DNA of 64,000 nt from Actinomycetota bacterium (GCA_046735375.1 JBKPTD010000005.1:10132-74131); one strand, 5' to 3'; numbered from the stretch's first letter, positions 35,201 to 45,081 are shown. A program made the numbers and translations. Notes: generated from the letters alone by a model not told the origin.

Positions 35201-35271
35201 CTCGGCCTCCGCGCTTGGCAGCGCTGGGTGGGTGTGTCCCGCTCGCCTCGCCAGGGTTTCTAGTCGTCGAA

Positions 35272-35303
35272 CTTTGTCCTGTCAATGGTTTGTACTGACA
35301 AAG
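35272..35303 (+). promoter_or_regulatory. Candidate IolR (GntR/HutC) operator: CTTTGTC-N17-GACAAAG with an internal TGTACTGACA
   Basis: A 7-bp inverted repeat in the 84-bp divergent iolG/iolR intergenic region, resembling HutC-family GT-N-AC operators. Confidence 0.45.
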
Positions 35304-36064
35304 TGAGTAAAGTGTTAGCCGTGGTCGAGGCACCAGTCTCCATTGCGGTGGACCGCAGCAGCCCGGTGCCGCTCTACTTCCAGGTTGCGGAACAACTCGA
35401 ACGGGCGATAGAGAACGGCTCACTCCCGGCCGGCGTCCGCCTGGGCAACGAGGTACAGCTCGCCGAGCACTACGGCCTGTCGCGCCCGACGATGCGGCGG
35501 GCGATCCAGTATCTGGTCGACAAGGGGCTCTTGGTTCGTAAGCGAGGGGTCGGCACCCAGGTCCTGCATACCAAGGTCAGGCGGCCGATCGAGCTCACGA
35601 GCCTCTACGACGATCTCATCGGTGCCGGACAAGCGCCGACGACGCAGGTGCTGCAGAACACAGTCGTCTCGGCTGACGCCACGGTGGCGGTTGTCCTCGG
35701 CGTCGAGCCCGAGTCACCGGTGGTGTTCCTGGAGCGCCTGCGCTCGGCCGGTGACGAACCGCTGGCGCTGATGCGGAACTACCTGCCGGCAGATCTCATG
35801 GAGTTGACGACGGCTGCCCTCGAGTCCAACGGTCTCTACCAACTGCTGCGGGCCGCCGGCATCAATCCACGGGTCGCGCTGCAGTCGATCGGGGCCCGTG
35901 CGGCGCGCGGCGCGGAGGCACGTTTGCTCACCGAGCCGCGTGGTGCCCCGCTGCTCACCATGACCAGGACCACGTACGACGACTCCGGCAAGGCTGTCGA
36001 GTTCGGATCCCATGTCTACCGAGCCTCGCGGTACGCCTTCGAGCACACTCTCGTCGGCCGTTAG
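35285..36064 (+). CDS. iolR: GntR-family (HutC subfamily, UTRA domain) transcriptional regulator, putative iol repressor
   Basis: Winged HTH (LPAGVRLGNEVQLAEHYGLSRPTMRRAIQYLVDKGLL) followed by a UTRA effector domain. It is divergent from iolG. Confidence 0.7.
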   Translation: MVCTDKVSKVLAVVEAPVSIAVDRSSPVPLYFQVAEQLERAIENGSLPAGVRLGNEVQLAEHYGLSRPTMRRAIQYLVDKGLLVRKRGVGTQVLHTKVRRPIELTSLYDDLIGAGQAPTTQVLQNTVVSADATVAVVLGVEPESPVVFLERLRSAGDEPLALMRNYLPADLMELTTAALESNGLYQLLRAAGINPRVALQSIGARAARGAEARLLTEPRGAPLLTMTRTTYDDSGKAVEFGSHVYRASRYAFEHTLVGR

Positions 36065-36133
36065 GACCCTGCGGCCGGGCGACGCATTGCCCCATGCCGA
36101 GCATGAGGGGGACCCTTCCTCCATCCCGCTAGA

Positions 36134-36182
36134 CATGAAGGGCACCCTAGCCCGATGGGTCGGGGTGAGGGTGCCCTTCATG
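36134..36182. repeat. REP-like palindromic element copy 3 (ATGAAGGGCACCCTAGCCC-gatgggtc-GGGGTGAGGGTGCCCTTCAT)
   Basis: A near-perfect inverted repeat matching the 6531 and 52979 copies. It lies between convergent iolR and glk. Confidence 0.8.
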
Positions 36183-36237
36183 CGCAATGGGTTGGGCGTG
36201 AGACTCCCACGACTTCGTCCGCAACCCGCGGCCCGAC

Positions 36238-36292
36238 GCATCCCCAGGCAGGAGCTATGGCGGGGCATCCCCAGGCAGGAGCTATTGGCGGG
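36238..36292. repeat. 27-bp tandem direct duplication (CATCCCCAGGCAGGAGCTAT(T)GGCGGG x2) spanning the glk stop codon
   Basis: Two adjacent near-identical units seen directly in the sequence; the second unit overlaps the last codons and stop of glk. Confidence 0.7.
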
Positions 36293-37247
36293 CAAGGTCG
36301 GCAGCGCCGACGACTCCGGCCTCCGGACCGAGTTCGGCGATCTTTATCTCAGCCTCCGGGCGGTAGCCGCGGCCGACGAGGCCGCGGTGGAATGACTCAC
36401 GGGCGGGGCTGAGCAGAAGATCGCCGGCATCGGACACCCCTCCGCCGATGATGAAGCAGCCAGGGTCGAAAGCCGCGGCCAGCGACGCGAGCCCTACGCC
36501 GAGCCAGTGGCCGACGTCCTCGAGCAGTTCGATCGATGTCGGATCGCCGTCCTTCGCGGCCTGGGTGATCAAGGGGCCGGTGATGGCCGAGACATCCCCA
36601 CCGGCGAGGTCCAGGAGGGCGTTGGCGAGCGGCGCGCCGGATTCGGCAAGCTCCCGGCCCTCGCGCACGAGAGCATTTCCGCTCGCATATTGCTCCCAGC
36701 AGCCCTTGTTGCCACAGCCGCAGCGGACCCCACCCGGCACGACCTGCATGTGACCGAACTCTCCGGCAATGCCCCACCGACCGCGATAGAGCTGGCCGTC
36801 CAGCACGATTCCGCCGCCGATGCCGGTTCCCACGGTGACACAGACCACGTGATCCTGCCCTCGGCCCGCGCCGAATCGGGTCTCCCCCCAGGCAGCGGCG
36901 TTCGCGTCGTTCTCGACCATGATCGGCAGGCCGACACGCTTCTCCAGCTCGGCCTTGATCGGCTCTTCTCGCCAGGCAAGGTTGGGTGCGAAAAGAACCG
37001 TCCCCCGCTGCTGGTCGATGAAGCCTGCGGCGCCGATGCCTGCGGCCGCGATCCCCGGCCGGGCTCCCGCGAGGTCATTGATGGCGTCAGCGATCGTGTC
37101 CTCGGTCGCCTTCGGGTCGTGGGCAGGCGTCTCGCGCTTGTCAGAGACCAAGATCCGGCCAGACTCGTCCACTATCCCGGCCGCGACCTTCGTTCCCCCG
37201 ATGTCCACACCGATCGTGAGGGCCATCGAGTCGTCAGCCCTCGTCAC
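36282..37247 (-). CDS. glk: ROK-family glucokinase
   Basis: ROK motifs (GVDIGGTK, the CGCGNKGCWE zinc motif). Its order with the upstream small gene matches Streptomyces glkA-SCO2127. Confidence 0.85.
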   Translation of the reverse strand: MTRADDSMALTIGVDIGGTKVAAGIVDESGRILVSDKRETPAHDPKATEDTIADAINDLAGARPGIAAAGIGAAGFIDQQRGTVLFAPNLAWREEPIKAELEKRVGLPIMVENDANAAAWGETRFGAGRGQDHVVCVTVGTGIGGGIVLDGQLYRGRWGIAGEFGHMQVVPGGVRCGCGNKGCWEQYASGNALVREGRELAESGAPLANALLDLAGGDVSAITGPLITQAAKDGDPTSIELLEDVGHWLGVGLASLAAAFDPGCFIIGGGVSDAGDLLLSPARESFHRGLVGRGYRPEAEIKIAELGPEAGVVGAADLARQ

Positions 37248-37575
37248 CGGTTATGTCGATTCGCGCCGACGACCCGTTGGTTCGACCGGCCGAACCACGT
37301 CCGGTTGCCGCATCCGGGGCGACGCCGCCGCCGGCCGGGCCTTCGAGGAACGCCTTGGCCGCCGCGGCGAGCGAGAACCCAGCCACGGCGAGGTGCCGAA
37401 CCACGTCCGGATTGGCGTCTCGAAGGTTGCGAATCAGCAGGCAGATCGGGCAGAGCTGGCACTCCTCGGCATCGGTGGCGATATGGTCACCGACCCAGCT
37501 CGTCAGCGATGCGATCAGCTTCGCGGCCTCCTCGGCCGCGGTTCCCACAGCCTCCTCGCCCGAACGGCTACTCAT
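37234..37575 (-). CDS. SCO2127-like small protein (DUF5304-like), upstream partner of glucokinase
   Basis: 113-aa acidic protein with a CQLCPICLL motif. Its stop overlaps the glk start, as in the Streptomyces sco2127-glkA operon. Confidence 0.55.
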   Translation of the reverse strand: MSSRSGEEAVGTAAEEAAKLIASLTSWVGDHIATDAEECQLCPICLLIRNLRDANPDVVRHLAVAGFSLAAAAKAFLEGPAGGGVAPDAATGRGSAGRTNGSSARIDITGDEG

Positions 37576-37605
37576 AACTGCATCGCCACCATTCCATCCG
37601 CGTGA

Positions 37606-38904
37606 TCAGTCGCGAGTACGTCCTCGTGCTTCGGCAGCCACATCGCCGCTCCTGTCTGGTTCATGCGCAGAGCGAGGAGAATGGGTGGATCGACGACCCA
37701 CACTCTTCCCTGCCTCCTCCGGTAGGCCGAAGCGGATCGACAGCCGACCCGCAACGAGCTCGGCGCCGGCGACCTCGCAGCGCCATAGTGCCGCGGGCAG
37801 CGCAAGCAGCCTGCGGCTATCCCCGACGGTCAGAACGAGCTCGTTTCCCCTTCGCATCAGGTCCATCTCGCGCCGCTCAGCGAACGGGAGTGCGAGCGAG
37901 AGTACATAACCGGACCTTTCCCGCGACACTCGAACAGGATCATCCACGGTTGGCTCCGCGAACGGATCAACGGCGGAGCGTATCCCGTCGCCGTACGCCG
38001 CCGCGGCGAATGCCGCAAGCTCCTCGAGCCCGACCGGCTCTGCCGCACGATATGGCGACCGGTAGACAGGAAGCGGTGCGAACGACGCATCGACCTCCTC
38101 GAGTTGTTCGGCCTGGGCGGCTATCCATCCGCGCCGCCAAGCGTCGGCACCACCGGCCGGGAACACCCTGTTGGCGATCACGGCGTCTACGCGATAGCCG
38201 TACAGCGAGAGAGACGTCAGCGTCCGTCGCGCCTCGGCCACCACGACGGATTCCGGCGTGAGGACCAGCCGAACCGATGACCTTGGCCCGGTGAGGACCT
38301 CCCGCACGGCTGCCAGCTCGGCGTGCATGCGTTCGATCGCGTCGAAGACGACCTCGTGCGGCATCGGAACTCCGGCTGCCCGCCGCAGCACAGGGCGGAA
38401 GGTCTTGATCAGGCGCCGCTCAAGTGGGAACACCCGCTCCATGTACCAGCCGAGCGCCTCGGGAAGGGCGAGCAGCCGAAGGGTCTCCCCCGTCGGTGCG
38501 CAGTCGACTACGACAAGGTCCCACCTCCCCGAGCGGACCTGGTCACGAACCTCGAGGAGCGCGAGCACCTCGTCAGCGCCGGGCAGGACCGTGAGCTCCG
38601 CGGCCTCGATCGGATCGACGCCCGCGGCGTCGAGGACCGAGAGTAAGTAGCGCTGGACGTCTCCCCACGACCGCTCCAGCCGTCCGCGGGCGTCGACGTG
38701 CTGGACATAGAGCCCGACGTCGACCTGCGTTGGGTGCTTGCCGACCGCGTGATCGAAGGCATCGGCCAGCGAGTGCGCCGGGTCGGTCGATAGAACCAGT
38801 GTCTTCAGCCCGCGGTTCGCGGCAAGGGTTGCCGTCCCCGCGGCTGCCGTCGTCTTGCCGACGCCTCCTTTGCCGGTGAACAGAAGGACGCGCGGCGCCG
38901 TCAC
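37606..38904 (-). CDS. ArsA/Get3-family ATPase (Rv2184c-like)
   Basis: P-loop (FTGKGGVGKTT) and DTAPTG-like switch regions, with a duplicated anion-transporting ATPase architecture. Confidence 0.75.
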   Translation of the reverse strand: MTAPRVLLFTGKGGVGKTTAAAGTATLAANRGLKTLVLSTDPAHSLADAFDHAVGKHPTQVDVGLYVQHVDARGRLERSWGDVQRYLLSVLDAAGVDPIEAAELTVLPGADEVLALLEVRDQVRSGRWDLVVVDCAPTGETLRLLALPEALGWYMERVFPLERRLIKTFRPVLRRAAGVPMPHEVVFDAIERMHAELAAVREVLTGPRSSVRLVLTPESVVVAEARRTLTSLSLYGYRVDAVIANRVFPAGGADAWRRGWIAAQAEQLEEVDASFAPLPVYRSPYRAAEPVGLEELAAFAAAAYGDGIRSAVDPFAEPTVDDPVRVSRERSGYVLSLALPFAERREMDLMRRGNELVLTVGDSRRLLALPAALWRCEVAGAELVAGRLSIRFGLPEEAGKSVGRRSTHSPRSAHEPDRSGDVAAEARGRTRD

Positions 38905-39410
38905 CGGTCCTCCGAGCTCGACGGGGTTCCAGGGGCGTTGTCGTCCCCCTGGGCGTTCGTACCCGCGGCACGAACGCGTGCGACCCGGCGGTCGAGCTCC
39001 TTAAGAGCCGTGTCGACGATGACCTTTTCCGCCTTGCGTTTGATCAGTCCGATCATCGGTATCTTGAGATCGACGGTGAGCCGATAGGCGACCTCCGTCA
39101 TGCCACCCTCTGCGGGCGTCAAGACATATGACCCGTCGAGTGCGCGCAGCAGCGTGCCCTGCTCATCGAGTGTCCAGCGGACCTCGCGATCGGCATCCCA
39201 GGTGTAGGCGAGGGTGTACTCATCCTTGATGGCACCGGCGTCCAAAAGGAAGTGCACGCGGCGAGCACGCCCGTCCGGCCCAGCTTCGACCACATCCGCC
39301 TGTTTCACCTGTCCGGTCCACAGCGGGTAGGAAGGAAAATCGGCGATCACCGCCATCACCTCGGCGGCATCGGCTGCGATCGTGATGCTCGACGTGGTTT
39401 GGTCCGCCAT
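38901..39410 (-). CDS. SRPBCC (START/Bet v1-like) family protein (TB16.3/Rv2185c-like)
   Basis: SRPBCC fold pattern. Its stop overlaps the ArsA start. Confidence 0.65.
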   Translation of the reverse strand: MADQTTSSITIAADAAEVMAVIADFPSYPLWTGQVKQADVVEAGPDGRARRVHFLLDAGAIKDEYTLAYTWDADREVRWTLDEQGTLLRALDGSYVLTPAEGGMTEVAYRLTVDLKIPMIGLIKRKAEKVIVDTALKELDRRVARVRAAGTNAQGDDNAPGTPSSSEDR

Positions 39411-39551
39411 CAGCTCCCCCTTGCTGCGCCCAAGGCTCTCGCCACCTTCGAAGCCGCGTCCTGTCCCGTCGGGAGACCTCTGTTGCGCTTGGCCGTCCGC
39501 GCCCGGGCTAGGGCCTCGTGCCGCCCGAGCGGGAATTCGTGGGCTGCCAGG

Positions 39552-40340
39552 CTACCGGTCGCCAATTGTGAGCACATAAGGCCGCTTACTAGCGGCGAAA
39601 TGGCCCACGTTCACGCATTCCGTCCGACCGATCCGAATCCGCTTCGCAAGCGGCTGGTGGACATGCCCGAACAGTGCCAGCCGCGGCTGGTGGACATGGA
39701 TCGCTTCGAGCAGCGCCTCACTTCCCCGCTCGAACCGCCGAGCGACCGTGTCGTACATGAGCTCGGGGACCGCGGGCGGGATGTGCGCACACAGGACGTC
39801 GACCTCGCCGAGCGCGGCGACCTTCGCCGCATAGATCTCCTCGTCCACCTCGGTCGGCGTGTGATGTGGCGTGGGGAGCCCACCGCCGACGAACCCGAAG
39901 ACCAGGCCTGCCAGCTCGACCGTCTGGCCGTCAAGCAGGTGCAGACCATCGCGGAGGAATTCCGGATAGAGGCGAGGCAGATCGACATTGCCGTAGGTCA
40001 GGTACGTCGGCGTGGGCATCGCCGCGAAGATCCTGCGGTATTGCTCTCGCACTGCGCTGACCGCTCGCGTCTCGAAGTCGCCGTCGACAGCCTCGAACTG
40101 TTGGCGTACAAATTCCCGCGCCGCCGCGAAGCGGCCGGCATCGCGAAGATCTATCCAGTGGGACACCGCATCCGCGCCGAACAGCTCGCCGAACACGCCG
40201 CGGGAGTGATCCACGTAGTCGACGAAGAGGGCCAGATCGCCAAGCGAGACCAGCGCGTCCGCCCCCTCCGAAGCGCGTGCGAGCGCGTCCGCGGCACCGT
40301 GGACGTCGCTGACCACATGCAACCGCATCGGCGACCTCAC
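39552..40340 (-). CDS. Metallophosphoesterase (calcineurin-like)
   Basis: Motifs HVVSDVHG, GD..D, GNVD and GHVH are present. Confidence 0.65.
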   Translation of the reverse strand: MRSPMRLHVVSDVHGAADALARASEGADALVSLGDLALFVDYVDHSRGVFGELFGADAVSHWIDLRDAGRFAAAREFVRQQFEAVDGDFETRAVSAVREQYRRIFAAMPTPTYLTYGNVDLPRLYPEFLRDGLHLLDGQTVELAGLVFGFVGGGLPTPHHTPTEVDEEIYAAKVAALGEVDVLCAHIPPAVPELMYDTVARRFERGSEALLEAIHVHQPRLALFGHVHQPLAKRIRIGRTECVNVGHFAASKRPYVLTIGDR

Positions 40341-40738
40341 GAGGTCCCGGCTCGCTCGGGCACTCCAGGTATCGCCGGCCGTGCGCGCACGGATGCCTCG
40401 GCCTCGAACCGGTCACCGAGCGCGTGTATGCGGGCCTTCCAGACCGTGCGGTAGCGATGTGTCAGCCGCCGGCTACGGGCCGCCGACCGCCATCGGTACG
40501 GACGCCGCCGGTCAGCCCGTAGGAAGAAGTGAACGATAGATCCTTTCCTGCCGTACTCCTCGATCCACACTTCGGCCCGGCCGGCGAGCGGACCGCTGAC
40601 CTCCCAGCGGATACCCTCGGCTGCACGGTCCTCGCAGACCCTCAGTTCGAGGTCCGGCCACCAGGACCGCCAGACCGCGGGATCGGCGAAGTACGCCGCT
40701 ACCCGCACCGGCGGAGCTGGTATGAAGCTGTCATCCAT
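40337..40738 (-). CDS. SRPBCC/polyketide-cyclase-like small protein
   Basis: About 134 aa counting from the internal Met (MDDSFIPAPPVRVAAYFADPAVW...). The ORF as listed starts further upstream, at 40861. Confidence 0.45.
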   Translation of the reverse strand: MDDSFIPAPPVRVAAYFADPAVWRSWWPDLELRVCEDRAAEGIRWEVSGPLAGRAEVWIEEYGRKGSIVHFFLRADRRRPYRWRSAARSRRLTHRYRTVWKARIHALGDRFEAEASVRARPAIPGVPERAGTS

Positions 40739-40767
40739 CAAGTCGAGGACGGGCACGGCGAAATCGT

Positions 40768-42573
40768 ATGCGCGAGCATTCCGTCCCAGCCGCCTACACG
40801 GTTTCGGCGGCGGGCAATCTGACCGATCTGATCTATGACAACGCGACAAACGATCCGGCACACGCCGCCTTCGCGCGCAAGATCGACGACGAGTGGGTGG
40901 ACGTGACCTCTGCTGAGTTCATAGCCGAGGTCGAAGAGGTCGCCAAAGGACTGGTCGCCTCGGGGATCGAGGCTGGTGACCGAGTCGCGATCATGTCACG
41001 GACCCGCTACGAGTGGACCCTCGCCGACTTCGCCATCTGGTGTGCCGGCGCTGTCGTCGTACCGATCTACGAGACGTCATCGACCGATCAGACACGCTGG
41101 ATCCTCGCTGACTCCGGAGCCGTCGCGTGCATTGTCGAGCTGGCCGACCACGAGCGGGTCGTCGCTGCGGCACGGGACGGGGCAGCCGCGCTTCGCCAGG
41201 TGTGGCGGATCGAAGGCGAGGGCGACGGGCCAAGCCTCACCGACCTCATCGCCGAGGGTCGGGCGGTCACGTCGGAGAGTCTGGCCGGGCGCCGTGCAGC
41301 CCTAGGACCGGACAGTCTGGCCACACTCATTTACACCTCGGGCACGACCGGCCGGCCCAAGGGTTGCGAGCTGACTCACGGCAACTTCCTGGCCGAGCTG
41401 GGAAATGCCGTACGGATGCTCGACGTCCTGTTCACCCCAGGGGCGAGCACCCTGCTGTTCCTCCCCCTCGCCCACGTTTTCGCCCGGATCATCGAGATCG
41501 GCGTCATCATGACGGGTGCGAAGCTCGGCCATACCCCGGACGTGCGCTCGCTCGTCCCCGATCTTGGCAACTTCAAGCCCACGTTCATCCTCGCCGTGCC
41601 TCGGGTGTTCGAGAAGGTCTACAACACTGCGGCGCTGGGAGCGCACTCGGGCAGCACGATGAAAGGCCGCGTCTTCGACCGATCCGTGGCGGTGGCGACC
41701 GCCTATAGCGAGGCTCGACAGCGCGGCTCCGTGCCGCCACTGGTCCGCGCGCAGCACGCGGTGTTCGAGCGCCTGGTGTACGGGAAGGTGCGCGCTTCCC
41801 TCGGCGGACGGATCGAGTACGCAATTTCCGGAGGTGCTCCCCTCAGCGAGCACCTGACCCACTTCTTCCGCGGCGCCGGGCTCACGGTGCTCGAGGGATA
41901 CGGGCTCACCGAAACGACGGCCGCCGCGACCGCGAACCCGCCCGCCGCGATCAAGATCGGTACGGTCGGACAGCCGCTGCCAGGTACGGCGATCCGCATT
42001 GCGGAGGACGGCGAAATCCTCATCCGCGGCGGGCAGGTGATGCGGGGGTATTGGAAGAACCCGGACGCGACCGAGGAGGCCCTGGTCGACGGCTGGTTCC
42101 GCACCGGCGACATCGGCGAGCTCGATGGCGACGGCTACCTCTCGATCACCGGTCGAAAGAAGGAGATCATTGTCACGGCGGGGGGCAAGAACGTCATCCC
42201 GGCCGTTCTCGAAGATCGGCTGCGCACCCACCCGCTGATCAGCCAGGGCCTCGTGGTCGGTGATAAACGACCATACGTTGCGGCACTGATCACCATCGAC
42301 CCGGAGTTCTTCCCAGCATGGCGCGCGCGACAGGGCAAACCCACGGACCTGCAGATCGCCGACGCCACGGAGGACCCAGATCTACGGTCGGAGATCGACG
42401 CTGCGATCGCCGAGGCGAACCAGGCGGTTTCGCGCGCCGAGTCGATCAAGCGCTTCCGGATACTGGGCGGTGATTTCACCGAAGAGGCCGGCCAGCTGAC
42501 CCCATCACTCAAGCTGCGGCGCGCCGTCATCGAGAAGGACTTTGCGGCCGACATCGACGCCCTCTACGCATAG
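40768..42573 (+). CDS. fadD15: Long-chain fatty-acid--CoA ligase (FadD15-like)
   Basis: AMP-binding motif (TSGTTGRPKG), a C-terminal AMP-binding domain, and an N-terminus MREHSVPA similar to M. tuberculosis FadD15. Confidence 0.8.
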   Translation: MREHSVPAAYTVSAAGNLTDLIYDNATNDPAHAAFARKIDDEWVDVTSAEFIAEVEEVAKGLVASGIEAGDRVAIMSRTRYEWTLADFAIWCAGAVVVPIYETSSTDQTRWILADSGAVACIVELADHERVVAAARDGAAALRQVWRIEGEGDGPSLTDLIAEGRAVTSESLAGRRAALGPDSLATLIYTSGTTGRPKGCELTHGNFLAELGNAVRMLDVLFTPGASTLLFLPLAHVFARIIEIGVIMTGAKLGHTPDVRSLVPDLGNFKPTFILAVPRVFEKVYNTAALGAHSGSTMKGRVFDRSVAVATAYSEARQRGSVPPLVRAQHAVFERLVYGKVRASLGGRIEYAISGGAPLSEHLTHFFRGAGLTVLEGYGLTETTAAATANPPAAIKIGTVGQPLPGTAIRIAEDGEILIRGGQVMRGYWKNPDATEEALVDGWFRTGDIGELDGDGYLSITGRKKEIIVTAGGKNVIPAVLEDRLRTHPLISQGLVVGDKRPYVAALITIDPEFFPAWRARQGKPTDLQIADATEDPDLRSEIDAAIAEANQAVSRAESIKRFRILGGDFTEEAGQLTPSLKLRRAVIEKDFAADIDALYA

Positions 42574-42773
42574 CGCTCGCCGGAGGCGGCCCGACCAGCC
42601 GATCCCTCCGCCTCGCACCGCAGGCCTGCTCATGGCACGGGAGCTGTGGGTTGTCGCAGGTGGGCGACCGAGCAAGCGACGAGAAGTTATTCGTAACTCT
42701 TTGAGCACAGGCCTTCACGTCTTGTGCTGAGACCGTTCTGTTTGACTGATCGTCGCCACAAACAGCGCAAAAT

Positions 42774-44468
42774 GTGCCACCGTTATCCATTGTGACCGCC
42801 CGTGCTCGCCCGACGCCTACGCGATGGCCAGCACTCGCGTTGCGCGCCGTACTGCTCGTGGTCGCGGTCGTGCTCACCCTCGTCGTCGATGAGCCCAACA
42901 GTGTCGGGTGGTTACTCGCCCTCGCCGGGGTTGCCGCGCTCGCCAGCGTCGACAACGAGCGTTGGATCTTCGGCTCGGCGCTGCGATGCGTAGAAGCAGT
43001 GGTGTGGGCCATCGGGGTCCACGCCACCGGCGGGGATAACAGTCCGTTACTCCCCTACCTCATCGCACCCGTCTTCGCCGCCGGCTTGGCCGGCGGCGTG
43101 CGCTCCGCGCTGCTCACTGCAGGCTTCGGAGTCGTCGGGCTGGCCGCAGGTGGCGAGATCACCGAGACGGCAGTTGGAAACGCCGTCCTGAGCATCCCCG
43201 TCATCGAATGGGTCCTCATCGCCCTGCTCATCGGGCTGGTAGGAGCCTGGATCAGGAACCTGCAGATGCGCGCCGCTGGGCCGGCGGCGGTCCACTATGC
43301 GCAGGCGCACAAGCTGCTCGAGCAGCTGCAGGCGGTCGCGACGAAGCTGCCGGGCTCGTTGGACCCGGTGACCGTCGCCTCCGGACTGCTCGATGATATC
43401 GGTGGTGTGGCGAAATACGACGAAGCGGCCGTTCTCGTCAACGCCGAGGGGGATCAGCTGGTTCCGCTCGCTCACGACGGCGCCGAGCGGGTCACCTGGG
43501 ACCTGGCGCGGCGACGCAGCGGCCCCTTCGCCGAGGCATGGACGACACGAGCGAAGTACGTGCGGCCCAACCGGCTCCCGAGAACCGATGCCGCCGCGGA
43601 GCAAACCGGCCATGCCAGCGCCCTCGTCGTACCTCTGAGATTCGGCACCAGGACGTTGGGCGTGGTCGCGCTGGAGGCTTACGCACCGGACGCCTATCCC
43701 AAGAAAGTGGCGAGTTCCGTCCGCCGCATCGTCTACGCCGCAGCCCTTCCGCTCGCCACCGCTGCGCTCTTCGACGACATCCGCGAGCTGGCAACCGCGG
43801 AGGAACGCAGGCGGTTGTCCAGGGAGATCCACGACGGCATCGCGCAAGAGCTGGCGATACTCGGCTATGACGTGGACGACCTGCTCGCCGAGGCGCGTAA
43901 CGGCTCCGCCGGCCGGGTTGTCAGGAACCTTGGCACACTGAGGGACCGGATCACCGAGCTGATGCACGAGGTTCGACTTTCGATCTTCAGCCTGCGCAGT
44001 GATGTCGACCGGCACGGCGGGCTCGGTGCGGCACTCGCCGAGTACGTCCGGACGATCGGTACGGAGAGCCGGCTCACCGTCCACCTCGTCCTCGCCGAGT
44101 CGCCCACCAGACTGCCTGCGCAGACCGAAGCGGAACTGCTGCGGATCGCCCAGCAGGCAATCGGCAATGCGCGGCGGCATGCGGGAGCCAAGAACCTCTG
44201 GGTAACGCTGCAGGTCGCGCCGCCGTGCGCTCGATTGATCGTCGAGGATGACGGGGTGGGGATCGGCGAGCTGCGCCCAGACAGCTATGGACTTGAGATA
44301 ATGAGCGAGCGAGCGCTGCGGATCAGGGCTCGCTTTACGGTGACCCCTCGGCAAGCTGGAGGAACGATGGTCGACGTGGCGCTCGCTCCGGCCCGGTCGG
44401 GCGATGTGATCGAGCACCTGTGGCCCGACTTGCGAGGAACGGATGTCCATCAGGGTCTTGCTGGTTGA
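42774..44468 (+). CDS. Two-component sensor histidine kinase (N-terminal TM domain, GAF, HisKA_3, HATPase)
   Basis: HisKA_3 H-box (RRRLSREIHDGIAQEL) and ATPase N/G boxes, with a GAF-like middle domain. Confidence 0.75.
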   Translation: MPPLSIVTARARPTPTRWPALALRAVLLVVAVVLTLVVDEPNSVGWLLALAGVAALASVDNERWIFGSALRCVEAVVWAIGVHATGGDNSPLLPYLIAPVFAAGLAGGVRSALLTAGFGVVGLAAGGEITETAVGNAVLSIPVIEWVLIALLIGLVGAWIRNLQMRAAGPAAVHYAQAHKLLEQLQAVATKLPGSLDPVTVASGLLDDIGGVAKYDEAAVLVNAEGDQLVPLAHDGAERVTWDLARRRSGPFAEAWTTRAKYVRPNRLPRTDAAAEQTGHASALVVPLRFGTRTLGVVALEAYAPDAYPKKVASSVRRIVYAAALPLATAALFDDIRELATAEERRRLSREIHDGIAQELAILGYDVDDLLAEARNGSAGRVVRNLGTLRDRITELMHEVRLSIFSLRSDVDRHGGLGAALAEYVRTIGTESRLTVHLVLAESPTRLPAQTEAELLRIAQQAIGNARRHAGAKNLWVTLQVAPPCARLIVEDDGVGIGELRPDSYGLEIMSERALRIRARFTVTPRQAGGTMVDVALAPARSGDVIEHLWPDLRGTDVHQGLAG

Positions 44469-45081
44469 CGATCACGAGCTGATTCGCGAAGGACTGCGCC
44501 GAGCGTTCGAGCGCGAGCCAGACCTGTCAGTGGTTGCGGAAGCCTCCACCCTTGGCGACGGGCTCCTGGCCGCGGCGGCCTATCAGCCGGATGTCGTCAT
44601 GATGGACCTGCGGCTGCCTGACGGGAACGGCATGGAGGGCGTGCGGCGGCTGCGCGCCCAACATCCCATGCTCGGCATCGTCGTGCTGACGATGTACGCC
44701 GACGACAACGCCCTCCTCTCCGCACTCGAGACCGGCGCGTCGGGATTCGTCTCCAAGGACGCCCGGGCGGAGGAGGTCATAGCTGCCGCCCGCCATGCCG
44801 CCGCTATGCCGCGCTCGTTCTCGGCAGCGAGGCTGGCTGGTGCCATGCATCGCAAGCTCGCCGAGCCCGGACCTCGGCTGAGTAGCCGGGAACGAGAGGT
44901 GCTCCAGCTGCTCGCGGACGGCAAGGCCGTTGCCGGCATCGCAAGGGAACTCTTCATCAGTGACTCCACGGTAAAGACGCACATCTCGAACGTGTATGAG
45001 AAGCTCGGGGCGCAAAACCGGGCGCAGGCCTTGATGACGGCCATGCGGCTCGGCCTTCTTTCCCCGGGCAGCACCACCTAA
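44443..45081 (+). CDS. NarL/LuxR-family response regulator
   Basis: Receiver domain (VLLVDDHELIREGL, D at MDLRLPDG) plus a LuxR HTH. Its start overlaps the histidine kinase 3' end. Confidence 0.85.
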   Translation: MSIRVLLVDDHELIREGLRRAFEREPDLSVVAEASTLGDGLLAAAAYQPDVVMMDLRLPDGNGMEGVRRLRAQHPMLGIVVLTMYADDNALLSALETGASGFVSKDARAEEVIAAARHAAAMPRSFSAARLAGAMHRKLAEPGPRLSSREREVLQLLADGKAVAGIARELFISDSTVKTHISNVYEKLGAQNRAQALMTAMRLGLLSPGSTT

